64,000 bases of DNA from an uncultured Candidatus Actinomarina sp. (GCA_902526825.1 CABZMN010000005.1:5032-69031); one strand, 5' to 3'. Shown: positions 9,650-20,219, counted from the stretch's first letter. Notes: generated from the sequence alone by a model not told the origin. Numbers and translations: made by a program.

Positions 9650-10121
9650 TTAGTGCAATTTTTTTAATTGCTTCTTTTCTTTCTTTTCTAGTTAAAGATG
9701 ATAGTAAAAGCTTGCCTTTTAAATGGTCATATTCATGTTGGAGAACTCTACCCATAAGCTCCTCCCCTTCATATGTAATATCTTCACCGTTTATATTTTG
9801 ACAGTAGATTTTTGAATATTCTGGTCTTTCAATTTCCCAATAATAACCAGGTAATGAAAGACATCCCTCTAAAAATACTGCAGAACCCTCAACTTCGATT
9901 TTCTTTGGATTGACCGCTACGTTCGGACCTTCTCCAGCATCAAAAACAAATATATTTTTATTTATACCAATTTGAGGAGCTGCTAAACCTACTCCAGGTG
10001 CCTCATACATAATTTTGATCATTCTTTGTGATAATTTTTTTAATTCTTCATCAAATTCAAGAATATTTACTGATTTAGATTTAAGGGATGGGTGACCAAA
10101 AGTTACAATTTCATTCATCAT
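9624..10121 (-). CDS. def: peptide deformylase
   Basis: 165 aa with the three PDF motifs GVGLAAPQIG, EGCLSLPG and QHEYDHLKG. Confidence 0.93.
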   Translation of the reverse strand: MMNEIVTFGHPSLKSKSVNILEFDEELKKLSQRMIKIMYEAPGVGLAAPQIGINKNIFVFDAGEGPNVAVNPKKIEVEGSAVFLEGCLSLPGYYWEIERPEYSKIYCQNINGEDITYEGEELMGRVLQHEYDHLKGKLLLSSLTRKERKEAIKKIALNGFPGNDL

Positions 10122-11473
10122 ATAGAAATAACTTTTCTTGGCTCATACTGTAATAGTTTTGAATACATATTTGTAATTTCATTGTAATTAGTATCTTTTG
10201 ATAAATTTATATTGATTTCGTATTCGTATGAATTATTAACTTTTTTAGGTCCTAAAATATATTTATTTTCATATTTAATTATTGAATCAGAAGAAAATTT
10301 AAAAACTTTATGATTAAGGTTTGGTCCCCATTTATTTCTAGATACTAGCTCTTCTTTGCTCCATTTTGTTATATTTGAATTCTTTAAAGATTCTTTTAAG
10401 TTTATATTTTTTGTTGTAAGTATGATCGTTAGACTATTATTTCGATTCGATCTTTCTATTTGTCGTAACAGAAAAATTAAACGTTCAGAATTTAATTTAC
10501 CTTTAAAAGATATTGTTGGGTTTACTAATAAATTTAAATCGTATAAATCATTCTCACTTTTTACAATTTTGAAATCATTAAGTAATTCATTTAAAATATC
10601 GTCGTGAAAAAATAATTTTAAATTTTTATCAGTATGCTTTGTTTTAAATAATTCAACACAATCTTGTAAAGAGTTTCCATGATAAATTTCTACATTACTT
10701 AGATCAGGAGTTTTATAATTTTCAATTTTTTTGAAGTAATTTAGAGATGGATACTCATTGTAATAATGATAATTTCCTCCAAAGTACTTATTTTTAAGTA
10801 CTGATAATTCAATAATGTTTAAAGAATTAAATCTTGGTAAATTGTAAGAATAATCATTGGTATCAAAAAAATGGTAATTTGAAGTTGGATGTGGCTTTAT
10901 TTTCATAAAATTATTCGCAAGTAGTATGCAATTGTTAAATTTATTAACTGTACTTAATGCTTTTTGGATTTCATCTTTGCCACCAGTTTTTTGATAAAAA
11001 TTTATTTTTATTCCTTTTTCTAATAGATATTTATATAAATTTTTAGTTGTTTTTAAAGAAGGAGTAAAGATTATATTTTTAGAATTAGTGGATAACACTT
11101 TGTCTATTTCTGTATTGTTATAAATACTTAATGAACTATTTTTAAACTTTCTATCAAATATAAAATTCATATCCTTATATAGATTGAATATTAAAAAACC
11201 AATATTTAAATAATAAGTAACTGCAAGGTGTTTTAAAAAAAGTAACTGATCTTGATCTAACTTACTAATAATCCTTTCAACAGATTTTAAAGTTTTAATT
11301 TTTAAATCTTTATTATGTATATTTACAACAACAGCAGTTTTCTTTCTATTTCTAAAATTCACAGAAACTATTGAACCAATATCAATTTTATTAGATAAAT
11401 TTTTAGGTACTGAATAAGTAAAAAGTTGAAACTTATATGTGTTATTTGAGATTATTTCTACATCAGCAAACAA
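10118..11473 (-). CDS. priA: primosomal protein N' (PriA)-like, degenerate helicase motifs
   Basis: The N-terminal ~100 aa match the PriA 3'-DNA-binding/winged-helix region (FADVEI...YSVPKNLSNKIDIGSIVSVNFRNRKKTAVVV...LKSV...FLKHLAVTYY). The Walker A and DEEH positions read TPSLKTT and DTNDYSY. Only 2 Cys in 451 aa. Confidence 0.6.
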   Translation of the reverse strand: MFADVEIISNNTYKFQLFTYSVPKNLSNKIDIGSIVSVNFRNRKKTAVVVNIHNKDLKIKTLKSVERIISKLDQDQLLFLKHLAVTYYLNIGFLIFNLYKDMNFIFDRKFKNSSLSIYNNTEIDKVLSTNSKNIIFTPSLKTTKNLYKYLLEKGIKINFYQKTGGKDEIQKALSTVNKFNNCILLANNFMKIKPHPTSNYHFFDTNDYSYNLPRFNSLNIIELSVLKNKYFGGNYHYYNEYPSLNYFKKIENYKTPDLSNVEIYHGNSLQDCVELFKTKHTDKNLKLFFHDDILNELLNDFKIVKSENDLYDLNLLVNPTISFKGKLNSERLIFLLRQIERSNRNNSLTIILTTKNINLKESLKNSNITKWSKEELVSRNKWGPNLNHKVFKFSSDSIIKYENKYILGPKKVNNSYEYEININLSKDTNYNEITNMYSKLLQYEPRKVISI

Positions 11474-11474
11474 T

Positions 11475-12587
11475 TTAAATCAAAGTATTTTTAATGATCT
11501 CTTGTGCAATGATGTGTTTATTTTTTTCTTCTGATTCAAACACTTTGTCTTTTTTATTAATGATGGTTACTTTGTTAGTGTCTGAACCAAATGAAATATC
11601 ATTAATATTATTAATAACTAAAAAATCAGAATTTTTTTCATTAATCTTTTCAAAATTAAGGTCATAATTTGTTTGAGCTGAAAAACTTATTACATTTATC
11701 ATTTTATATTTTTCTTTGTACTCTTTTACTATATCAACGTTTGGTGACAGATTTAATGTCATATTGCCTTCAGTTCTATTCATCTTTCCTTCTACTTTTT
11801 CTAGTATAAAATCAGATACAGCAGCAACCATGTACAAATGCTTTGTACCATTTGATTCAATATTCATTGCTTCCTGTAATTCCTTTGAAGTATCAAATGA
11901 AATATTTTTAGCTCCAGCAACAGGAGGTATTGTTTTTGAATGTATGTAAACAACATCATATCCTATACTCATCAATTCTATAGCAACTGCCCTTCCTTGC
12001 TTTCCAGACGATTTGTTTGTTATCGCTCTAACGTCATCAAGATATTCAGAAGTTGGACCTGATGTTACTATAACCTTTTCTTTTTTATTAAATAAAATAT
12101 CAAACATTTCTGTTGGTTCGATAAGCCTACCTAAACCTTTATCTCCAATATCAAGATTTCCATATCTAGGACCACAGAATATTACATTATCGTTTAAACC
12201 AATAATGTTTGACTGAATTTTATTGTCCATGAACATTTCTTCATGCATTGCAGGAGCAAAATAAATATCTTTATCAAACATCAATAAAGTAGAAAGTAAT
12301 AAATTGTCAGCCAAACCATTTGCATATTTACTAATAAAATTTGCTGTTGCAGGATAGATAACGATACTATCAGCCCATCTTGCATATTCTATATGAGGAG
12401 ATCCATCTAATTGATCCCAACTATGAAAGATATCATTTTTGTTTTGAAATTCTTCTGAAATATACTTTAATCCTTCATTGGTTGAAAAAACTACAGTTTC
12501 GTTATTTTTTGTAAGTAACGAATGTAGCTTTTCAGACTTTGAAGCAGCAATACTACCAGTAATACCAAGTAGTATTTTTTTGCTCAT
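11475..12587 (-). CDS. coaBC: bifunctional phosphopantothenoylcysteine decarboxylase / phosphopantothenate--cysteine ligase
   Basis: 370 aa. Flavoprotein N-domain (KKILLGITGSIAASK...PAMHEEM) and CoaB domain (VTSGPTSEYLDDVRAITNKSSGKQG). Confidence 0.9.
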   Translation of the reverse strand: MSKKILLGITGSIAASKSEKLHSLLTKNNETVVFSTNEGLKYISEEFQNKNDIFHSWDQLDGSPHIEYARWADSIVIYPATANFISKYANGLADNLLLSTLLMFDKDIYFAPAMHEEMFMDNKIQSNIIGLNDNVIFCGPRYGNLDIGDKGLGRLIEPTEMFDILFNKKEKVIVTSGPTSEYLDDVRAITNKSSGKQGRAVAIELMSIGYDVVYIHSKTIPPVAGAKNISFDTSKELQEAMNIESNGTKHLYMVAAVSDFILEKVEGKMNRTEGNMTLNLSPNVDIVKEYKEKYKMINVISFSAQTNYDLNFEKINEKNSDFLVINNINDISFGSDTNKVTIINKKDKVFESEEKNKHIIAQEIIKNTLI

Positions 12588-12591
12588 GGGG

Positions 12592-12819
12592 TTATTCTTT
12601 TTCGCTAACCTCTACTTTTCCAGATGCAATTTCTTCAAAAGCAACGGTAAGTGGTTTTCTACTAAGACTTTGTACTTGAGGTGGTGTATATGCACCAATA
12701 CCTTCACCTAATTGGTTAAAGTATGAGTTTATATCTTTTGCTCTTCTTGCTGACGTTATAACAAGAGCAAATCTACCAGGTGAGTTTTCTAAAAGTTCTT
12801 CAATAGGTGGTTTTATCAT
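12592..12819 (-). CDS. rpoZ: DNA-directed RNA polymerase subunit omega
   Basis: 75 aa. IEELLENSPGRFALVITSARRAKDIN matches the omega core. Lies between gmk and coaBC as in Actinobacteria. Confidence 0.85.
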   Translation of the reverse strand: MIKPPIEELLENSPGRFALVITSARRAKDINSYFNQLGEGIGAYTPPQVQSLSRKPLTVAFEEIASGKVEVSEKE

Positions 12820-13346
12820 TTTTTCTCCAGGTCATATAATATATCTAATATTTCTTTAATAGTAGTGTTTAAATCTATATTTTTAATTATATAGTCAAAG
12901 TTATCCATAGATTGGCGTTGTTCTTTTGCTAAATTCATTCTTTCTTCTATGAACTGGTCATCATGACCTCGTTCATTTAATCTTTCAATCAAAACATTGT
13001 CATCAATATCTATAAAAATTCCTATATATGAATCATTTGATGTTAATAATTTTGTTGCACCGTTTACTTCAAGATCGAGGACAATAAAATCATCTTGTTC
13101 TAACTCTTTCTTTGAAGTTCCGTAATAATAGCTACCGTATCTTTCATATTCTAAAAATTCATCATTACTTATCATTGTATTAAATTCGTCTTCAGATATG
13201 AAATAATAATCCTTACCTTCTATCTCTGATTCTCTTCTTGGTCTTGTTGTATGTGAAGTAGAAAAATAAAAATTAAAATCATTTGATAAATTGTTGATAA
13301 TTGTTGATTTACCAACACCGGAGGGTCCACTAAAAATAATTATCAT
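12816..13346 (-). CDS. gmk: guanylate kinase
   Basis: 176 aa. P-loop GPSGVGKST, then SHTTRPRRESEIEGKDYYF. Confidence 0.92.
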   Translation of the reverse strand: MIIIFSGPSGVGKSTIINNLSNDFNFYFSTSHTTRPRRESEIEGKDYYFISEDEFNTMISNDEFLEYERYGSYYYGTSKKELEQDDFIVLDLEVNGATKLLTSNDSYIGIFIDIDDNVLIERLNERGHDDQFIEERMNLAKEQRQSMDNFDYIIKNIDLNTTIKEILDILYDLEKK

Positions 13347-13624
13347 GAGTTTTTCACATAGTAAGTAATTGATTCAATGTAATTATCGTTTAGGTCAGAA
13401 AATTTTGATTTTTCATTAAGTCCTATTTCATCTAAAAAACGAGCAGTCTTAACTTTTCCAAGTACACCAGTTTCTGTAAGATATTTATGTATTCTTATTG
13501 AATTTAATTGATTATCGTTACAAGCTCTTATAAGTTCATTATCTATGTTCTCAATATTTTTTTCAAATGAGTTGATAAATTCTTTCCTTTTATTTTTAAT
13601 CTCTAATATAAATGAGTCACTCAT
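13343..13624 (-). CDS. mihF: integration host factor, actinobacterial type (mIHF)
   Basis: 93 aa. C-terminal GVLGKVKTARFLDEIGLNEKSKFSDLNDN aligns by eye with the mycobacterial mIHF helix-hairpin-helix region. Immediately upstream of gmk, as in Mycobacterium. Confidence 0.6.
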   Translation of the reverse strand: MSDSFILEIKNKRKEFINSFEKNIENIDNELIRACNDNQLNSIRIHKYLTETGVLGKVKTARFLDEIGLNEKSKFSDLNDNYIESITYYVKNS

Positions 13625-14001
13625 TAAATCTCCTGTGATAATTTATCAAGTATTCCGTTAACAAATTTTGCTGACTGAGAAGAGGAATGTTTATCTGCAA
13701 GCTTTACCCATTCTGAGATAATAATTTTTGTTGGAGTTAAATCCATAATTAATTCTGAAATGCCTAATGTTAAAATAATTAATTCTACTTTACCTATTCT
13801 TTCGTAACTCCAATTATCAGAATAAGTCCGGATTGAATTTTCAATTCTCTCACTGTTTATTTTTGTATTATTAAATAACTGGTTTGCTCTAAGATTCTGA
13901 TTTTCACTCAATGAAGTTATATTGAAATCTTTTTCCTTTAAACTCGGTAAGCCATCTTCAAATAATGTTTCAAATGTTATTTGCCTAAAATCTTTCATCA
14001 A
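13624..14001 (-). CDS. nusB: transcription antitermination factor NusB
   Basis: 125 aa, all-helical. ERIGKVELIILTLGISEL...KFVNGILDKL matches the NusB pattern. Follows efp. Confidence 0.8.
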   Translation of the reverse strand: MMKDFRQITFETLFEDGLPSLKEKDFNITSLSENQNLRANQLFNNTKINSERIENSIRTYSDNWSYERIGKVELIILTLGISELIMDLTPTKIIISEWVKLADKHSSSQSAKFVNGILDKLSQEI

Positions 14002-14555
14002 ACCCTTGTCATGTATGAATTATCTTTTGTATCAATTTTAATTATTTCACCTTCTTCAATGAACATAGGTACAACAACTTCTAAACCAGTTTCACAAGTG
14101 ACTGTTTTAGTAGATGATGTTACAGTGTCTCCTTTAACTGCTGGTTCTGCTTTTGTCACTTTTAATTCAACACTTGAAGGTAACAAAACATTTAATGGCT
14201 TATTCTCATACATTTGTATAGTTACTTCATTATTCGGTATTAATAAAAGTTCTATATCTGCAATGAGATTTGCATCTAATGATACTTGTTCATAATTCTC
14301 AGTGTTCATAAATATGAAATTTCCAGATTCATTATATAAATATTGAAAATCTTGTTTTTCTATAAAAGCTTGATCAACATTTTCATCAGCTCTAAATGTT
14401 TTTTCTATAAATCCTCCATCAATAAGATTTTTAAGCTTTGTTTTAACAAAAGCCTTTCCTTTTCCAGGTTTAACATGGGCATAATCCATTATCTGATATA
14501 TCGTTCCATCAAGCAATATAGATTGTCCTGGCCTCATATCGTTCGTAGATACCAT
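13998..14555 (-). CDS. efp: elongation factor P
   Basis: 185 aa with MRPGQSILLDGTIYQIMDYAHVKPGKGKAFVKTKLKNL. Confidence 0.95.
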   Translation of the reverse strand: MVSTNDMRPGQSILLDGTIYQIMDYAHVKPGKGKAFVKTKLKNLIDGGFIEKTFRADENVDQAFIEKQDFQYLYNESGNFIFMNTENYEQVSLDANLIADIELLLIPNNEVTIQMYENKPLNVLLPSSVELKVTKAEPAVKGDTVTSSTKTVTCETGLEVVVPMFIEEGEIIKIDTKDNSYMTRV

Positions 14556-15628
14556 TAGGGAATTACACCTTCCTCTTTTGCTTTATTTTTCATATTAATA
14601 AATTCTGTGTAGTCATTTGTAAATGACATTTTTCCATTTTTATCTGTCAATAAATAGTATATAAAATCAGTCTCTGGCGTTTCAAATACAGCAATTAATG
14701 ATCGCTCACCGAATCCAGAAATAGGTGTTGGTGGTAAACCTGTATATTTATATGAATTATATGGTGATTCAACTTCCAAATCTACAAGTAACACTTGAGA
14801 CTTTCGCTCTTGTAGAGCATACAATATCATCGCATCAATTTGAAGTAACATTTCATCATACAATCTGTTTTTAATAACAGACGAAACAAGTGATCTGTCT
14901 TCTTGTAGTTTCGATTCGGCTTCAACAAGACTAGCTACTGCAAAAAGTTCACTCGTAGAATTTATCCAATTTGGTGTTGAGTAGGTGACTAATAATCTAT
15001 CAATTACAGTCTCGAGTTCATTAACTAATATTTGTAGAATTTCTTCACCAGATGCATCCAAAGCTATTTGATATGTGTTTGGATATAGAAGTCCTTCCCA
15101 ATTTTGTAACTTTGATATATCACCTAAATAAACATATTTACTTTCTACATTTCCAGATAAAAGTGAATTAGTAAGCAAATCTACATCGTAACCAGTTTGA
15201 GAAGAGATAGATTCAATTGTTTCAGTTATCCAAAGACCTTCAGGAATAGTAATTGTGTAAGTTTTTAACGGAGGGCCCTTTAATAATACATTACTTATCT
15301 CTTCGAACTCTAATTTATTTGAAATTTCATATTCACCAGCTCGTAATTTATCGCCAAGATTTTCATTCCTTAGATAAATTTCAAAAGCTAATGAAGACGA
15401 TATAATTCCTTCTTGTGCAAGTATTGAAGAAATTTGTGCCGCTGAGGAACCTTGTGGAATATTAATTAAAATAATTGATTCTTCTATATCGTCATTATTT
15501 GAAACGATACTTGCTGTTTGGTCTATTGATGTAGCAATATTTGAGGCAAAATTAATTGCAACAAATACAGCAAATATCGTAAATACAACAGATATTACAA
15601 GTCGATTTTTAAAGTAATAATTAATCAT
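14555..15628 (-). CDS. mltG: endolytic murein transglycosylase MltG (YceG family)
   Basis: 357 aa. N-terminal TM anchor, LRAGEYE, ASLVEAESKLQEDRSLVSSVIKNRL and LLQIDAMILY. Confidence 0.85.
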   Translation of the reverse strand: MINYYFKNRLVISVVFTIFAVFVAINFASNIATSIDQTASIVSNNDDIEESIILINIPQGSSAAQISSILAQEGIISSSLAFEIYLRNENLGDKLRAGEYEISNKLEFEEISNVLLKGPPLKTYTITIPEGLWITETIESISSQTGYDVDLLTNSLLSGNVESKYVYLGDISKLQNWEGLLYPNTYQIALDASGEEILQILVNELETVIDRLLVTYSTPNWINSTSELFAVASLVEAESKLQEDRSLVSSVIKNRLYDEMLLQIDAMILYALQERKSQVLLVDLEVESPYNSYKYTGLPPTPISGFGERSLIAVFETPETDFIYYLLTDKNGKMSFTNDYTEFINMKNKAKEEGVIP

Positions 15629-15998
15629 TATTTAAATGTGAAATTAGTATTTCTAATGCCGCTAAGTCATCATTTCTTATTGAATTATCATTTGTTAACT
15701 TTGAAGTCATTCGTTCATCAATTTTATGTATTGGAACATTTGTTATAGATTTTAAATCATTTTCTATAAATTCATCTACAACATTACTCATACGTGTTTG
15801 ATGAGAATTTAATCCTATTGGATATCCAATTACAATCTCATCTATTTCGTGATCAATTAATGCTTGTTTAATTTCATCTAAAACATCCAAAGATTTACTA
15901 TCTAGAACCTTATATGCATAACCCGAATTTATTGATTGCTTTTTTAATGCAAGACCAACATAACGTTCACCATAATCAATAGCTATTATATTTTTCAC
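15621..15998 (-). CDS. ruvX: pre-16S rRNA nuclease / putative Holliday junction resolvase YqgF
   Basis: 125 aa. IIAIDYGERYVGLAL N-terminus and DERMTS motif. Follows alaS as in Actinobacteria. Confidence 0.85.
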   Translation of the reverse strand: MKNIIAIDYGERYVGLALKKQSINSGYAYKVLDSKSLDVLDEIKQALIDHEIDEIVIGYPIGLNSHQTRMSNVVDEFIENDLKSITNVPIHKIDERMTSKLTNDNSIRNDDLAALEILISHLNND

Positions 15999-18529
15999 TT
16001 GAGATTATCAACAATAGATTCTTTAACATATTTAAGGGTTTCATCTACTGAGTAATCATTAGGACCCCCTCCTACTGATAAAACCCCATCCTTTGATGCT
16101 CCACCACCAAAATTTTTAGAAGTTTCAATAACAAGTTCAGATACATTCATTTCTTTAATAACCTTCTCATTTTTCATAGCAACTATGACAAATTTTGAAT
16201 CTATTTGTGAAATTAAATATATGTAATCAACAACTCCATTATTGATCGAATTAATAGCTACGTTTCTTATATCATCAACTGTATCCATTGAAACTTGATT
16301 TATGAATACTCTATAGTCACCAACAGTTTCAAATTTATTTGATATCTGATGAACCATTTCGTTGTTTCGAATTTGTTTAAATTGATCAACCTGTGATTTA
16401 AGTTCCTCGTAAGAATTAAAGAATGATTCGAGTTTTGTTGGAACATTTTCTATATTTGTATTTAAAAGATTGCTCACACTTTTATATGAATTGTAAGCAT
16501 TAGTCATAAAATCATAAGCTTCAAATCCTGAAAGCATCTCTACTCTTCTTAGATTTGAGCCAATAGACGACTCATTTAATAAAACTATTAATCCTATTTC
16601 ATTTGAATTAGATACATGAGTACCTCCACAAAGTTCTTTAGAGAAATTCCCAATATTTACTACTCTTACATCGTCATCATATTTATCTCCAAAAAATGCC
16701 AATGCACCTTCTTTTTTTGCTTCGTCAATATTCATTATTTTTGTATCTACTTTTAAATCAGAAAACACGTTTTTATTACTTAATGTGAATATCTCATTAA
16801 GTTCTTCTTGTGTGACCTTTTCTGAATGACTAAAGTCAAATCTAAATCTTCCAGGAGCAACATATGACCCTGCCTGAGCAACATGATCACCAAGAATATT
16901 TCTTAAAGATGAGTGAACTATATGTGCAGATGTATGACTTTTAGATACAGATCTTCTAAATGATTCGTTTACTTTAGATTCAATCTTTTCTCCTGATTGT
17001 ATTTCTATATCTTCATTTATAACTAAGCCTGTAGCACCAGAGCTAGATTGAACGATATCAGCTACCGTATATTCTTTATCTTCAAATACTATTGAGCCTT
17101 GGTCAGATATTTGACCTCCAGCTTCATAATAAAATGGCGTAGTTTCTGTAAATATTGTTGTTGTACCATTTTCATTCAGCACTAGTGTTACATCACTTAT
17201 AGTTTTTGTATCTTCATAACCAGTAAAAACGTTACAATCTACATCAAATTCACTCATATCTGACACCTCTTTATTAAAAGAACTAGATTTAGCCTGATGT
17301 TCTTGAAACTTTTTCATATATTTATCATCGTTTAACTTAATATTATTTTCAAATGCAATCTCTTTTGTAAGTTCATATGGAAAACCAAAAGTTTCAAATA
17401 GATAAAATGCTTTTTCTTCATCAAATGAATCTTTATCTTGTATGAGCTTATTTATTTCGACTGTTCCTTTTTCCAGTGTCTTATGAAAGAGATTTTCTTC
17501 AGTAGTGTAAAGTTTCTTAATTTTATCAATATTTTCATATAAGTCTGGATAGTGATCTTTGTAAATTTCAACAATTGGAGATATTAAAAATTCAATAGTA
17601 TCAATTTCATTTGTTAAACCATAGTATGCCCTGATTGCTCTTCTAATTAGCCTCCTTAAAATATATCCTCTACCCTCGTTTGTTGGTACAACACCATCTG
17701 AAATCATAAACGTTGATGCTTTCATATGATCCAATATGATTCTTTCGTATTTCTTATTCGGATTTTTAATTTTTGGCTTTAATTGTTCGTAAATAGAATC
17801 AAAAGTATCAATTTCAAATGGAGATTCTTTATCCTGAAGAACCATAGCAATACGTTCAAGTCCCATACCTGTATCAATATTTTTTGCAGGTAATTCACCT
17901 ACGACATTGTAAGGTTCGTCTTGTATTGATTCCATAAAAACTAAATTCCAAATTTCTATGAATCTATCTTCCCCACCACTAATTGGACCCCCTTCTTCTC
18001 CATAGTCTGGTCCTCTGTCTATAAATATTTCAGAGCACGGTCCACAAGGTCCAGGAATATTCATTTGCCAAAAATTGTCTTTATCACCTCTCTGTATTCT
18101 TTCTTCAGGAACACCTATTACATTTTTCCAAATATTGAATGATTCTTCGTCATCTTTATAGACTGTAAACCATAGATCACTTGAATTAATTCCTAGATTT
18201 TTAGTTATAAATTCATATGCATGTTTTATAGCTTGTTCTTTAAAATATTCTCCAATACTAAAATTTCCAAGCATTTCAAAAAAAGTAAGATGACGATCTG
18301 TGTCACCGATAATATCAATATCAACTGTTCTTATGCATTTTTGTGATGAAACAAGATTTGTATGTGGTGGTTTATTGTTACCTAGAAAATAATCTTTAAA
18401 AGGAACCATTCCAGCGGCAGTAAATAGTAATGTTTCATCTATAGGTATCAATGAAGCTGATGGCATAATCTTGTGATTATTTTTTTCAAAGAATTTTAAA
18501 AACTCTTCTCTTATTTCATTACTATTCAT
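15995..18529 (-). CDS. alaS: alanine--tRNA ligase
   Basis: 844 aa. FTAAGMVPFKDYF, GNFSIGEYFK, editing-domain HTSAH...CGGTH, and a C-terminal DHHA1-like domain. Confidence 0.96.
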   Translation of the reverse strand: MNSNEIREEFLKFFEKNNHKIMPSASLIPIDETLLFTAAGMVPFKDYFLGNNKPPHTNLVSSQKCIRTVDIDIIGDTDRHLTFFEMLGNFSIGEYFKEQAIKHAYEFITKNLGINSSDLWFTVYKDDEESFNIWKNVIGVPEERIQRGDKDNFWQMNIPGPCGPCSEIFIDRGPDYGEEGGPISGGEDRFIEIWNLVFMESIQDEPYNVVGELPAKNIDTGMGLERIAMVLQDKESPFEIDTFDSIYEQLKPKIKNPNKKYERIILDHMKASTFMISDGVVPTNEGRGYILRRLIRRAIRAYYGLTNEIDTIEFLISPIVEIYKDHYPDLYENIDKIKKLYTTEENLFHKTLEKGTVEINKLIQDKDSFDEEKAFYLFETFGFPYELTKEIAFENNIKLNDDKYMKKFQEHQAKSSSFNKEVSDMSEFDVDCNVFTGYEDTKTISDVTLVLNENGTTTIFTETTPFYYEAGGQISDQGSIVFEDKEYTVADIVQSSSGATGLVINEDIEIQSGEKIESKVNESFRRSVSKSHTSAHIVHSSLRNILGDHVAQAGSYVAPGRFRFDFSHSEKVTQEELNEIFTLSNKNVFSDLKVDTKIMNIDEAKKEGALAFFGDKYDDDVRVVNIGNFSKELCGGTHVSNSNEIGLIVLLNESSIGSNLRRVEMLSGFEAYDFMTNAYNSYKSVSNLLNTNIENVPTKLESFFNSYEELKSQVDQFKQIRNNEMVHQISNKFETVGDYRVFINQVSMDTVDDIRNVAINSINNGVVDYIYLISQIDSKFVIVAMKNEKVIKEMNVSELVIETSKNFGGGASKDGVLSVGGGPNDYSVDETLKYVKESIVDNLK

Positions 18530-20219
18530 CAGTTACCTCAATGTATTTAAGGTTATAATCCTCTAATTCATTTTCATCAATAATAGTTGGCGCGTTTGTT
18601 AAAGGGTCAAGTCCAGATTGTGTTTTAGGAAAAGGTATAACATCTCTTATTGAATCAACATTGAGCATTACAGCAATAATCCTATCTATACCTAAAGCTA
18701 TTCCTGCATGTTGTGGTGTTCCATAAGACAAAGCTTCAATAAACCATCCAAATCGATTTTCAATGTCATCATCTGAAAGACCCCACATTTCTAATACTTT
18801 TCTTTGGATATCTGGAGAATTAATTCTTTGTGATCCTGAACCCAACTCTGATCCATTAAGAACCAGATCATAATGTAGAGCAGTTGAATTATTAGGATCT
18901 TCAATAAAATTCTCAGTATCTTTTGGTGATGTAAAAGGATGATGAGAGGGTTGTATTTCTCCATTTTCAACTTCAAAATAAGGAAAATCATAAATCCAAG
19001 TGAAACTGTAGTTATCAACCGGGATAAAAATTTCTCGACGAATAATATCTAATACTGGATATATCTCCATATTTCCTGATTGAAATAAGAGCATTCCATC
19101 ACCAAGTTTTAGTATTTCTTCATTCTCTTTGTCAGATGTAATTTTAGATAATGGTCCAGATATTGTGGAGTTTTCAATTTTAAACCATCCAAGACCGTTA
19201 CTTCCGTTGTCTTTAACTAACTCATCTAAAGCATCTATCTCTGATCTAGTCATTATTTTTGATGTATGAAAACCCTTGACAAAACCTGAATTTTTTAATG
19301 ATGATTTTATAAAATTTATTTCTGTATTTTTAAATATATTACTTAAATCTTCAATAGCTTCTTTAATTCGTAAATCTGGTTTATCAGTACCATAGTTTTC
19401 TATTGCTTCTTTGTAAGTCATATCTTGAAAAGGTACATCAACTTTAATAGAAAATACATTATCTAATAATTCTTTAACTATTGTTTCAGTTGTTTTCCTT
19501 ACTTCATCTGGTGAACCATTTAATATTTCTAAATCTAGTTGTGTAAATTCTGGTTGTCTGTCTTTTCTTGAATCTTCATCTCGATAACATTTAGCAATCT
19601 GATAATATTTGTTAAATCCTGAAATCATAAATAATTGTTTATACATCTGAGGTGATTGAGGTAAAGCATAAAATGAACCGCTTTGTTTTCTTGATGGGAC
19701 TAAAAAGTCTTTTGCACCTTCAGGTGTAGATTTTGTTAACGTTGGTGTATCTAATTCTAAAAAAGATAAACTATCCATTGAATTTCTTATGGATTTAAAT
19801 GTGTTTGAACGAGCGAGGATATTTCTTTTCATATCATCTCGTCTCAAATCCAAATATCTGTACTTCAATCTTATATTTTCATCAGTATCAGTAGAATCCT
19901 CTATTTGGAACGGTAGAGATTTGCTTTTTGAGATTATTGAGTAACTGTCAGCACTAATCTCGTACTCACCGAATTGTTGAGATTTATTAATCATTGACTT
20001 ATCTCTTTTTATATATGTTCCGTTAACACTAATGTAATATTCAGATTTAAAAGTATCGATATCGACATTTTCAGAATCTAAAACGATTTGTATTTTTGAA
20101 CTTGAGTCTCTTAGTTCAATGAAAACAAGACCTCCGTGGTCTCGAATACTACTTACCCAACCTCTTAAATCAAAAACTTCACTATTTACTTTTGACTTTA
20201 TTAAATCTTCTATTTTCAT
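18522..20219 (-). CDS. aspS: aspartate--tRNA ligase
   Basis: 565 aa with GWVSSIRDHGGLVFIELRD, FYALPQSPQMYKQL, CYRDEDSRKDRQPEFTQLDLE and GIALGIDR. Confidence 0.96.
   Translation of the reverse strand: MKIEDLIKSKVNSEVFDLRGWVSSIRDHGGLVFIELRDSSSKIQIVLDSENVDIDTFKSEYYISVNGTYIKRDKSMINKSQQFGEYEISADSYSIISKSKSLPFQIEDSTDTDENIRLKYRYLDLRRDDMKRNILARSNTFKSIRNSMDSLSFLELDTPTLTKSTPEGAKDFLVPSRKQSGSFYALPQSPQMYKQLFMISGFNKYYQIAKCYRDEDSRKDRQPEFTQLDLEILNGSPDEVRKTTETIVKELLDNVFSIKVDVPFQDMTYKEAIENYGTDKPDLRIKEAIEDLSNIFKNTEINFIKSSLKNSGFVKGFHTSKIMTRSEIDALDELVKDNGSNGLGWFKIENSTISGPLSKITSDKENEEILKLGDGMLLFQSGNMEIYPVLDIIRREIFIPVDNYSFTWIYDFPYFEVENGEIQPSHHPFTSPKDTENFIEDPNNSTALHYDLVLNGSELGSGSQRINSPDIQRKVLEMWGLSDDDIENRFGWFIEALSYGTPQHAGIALGIDRIIAVMLNVDSIRDVIPFPKTQSGLDPLTNAPTIIDENELEDYNLKYIEVTDE

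Noticed and set aside
18791-19018. A same-strand nested 75-aa ORF in another frame of aspS.
   Set aside because: It falls inside a conserved part of AspRS. The peptide is Ile/Leu/Lys-rich low complexity, and nothing supports dual coding.
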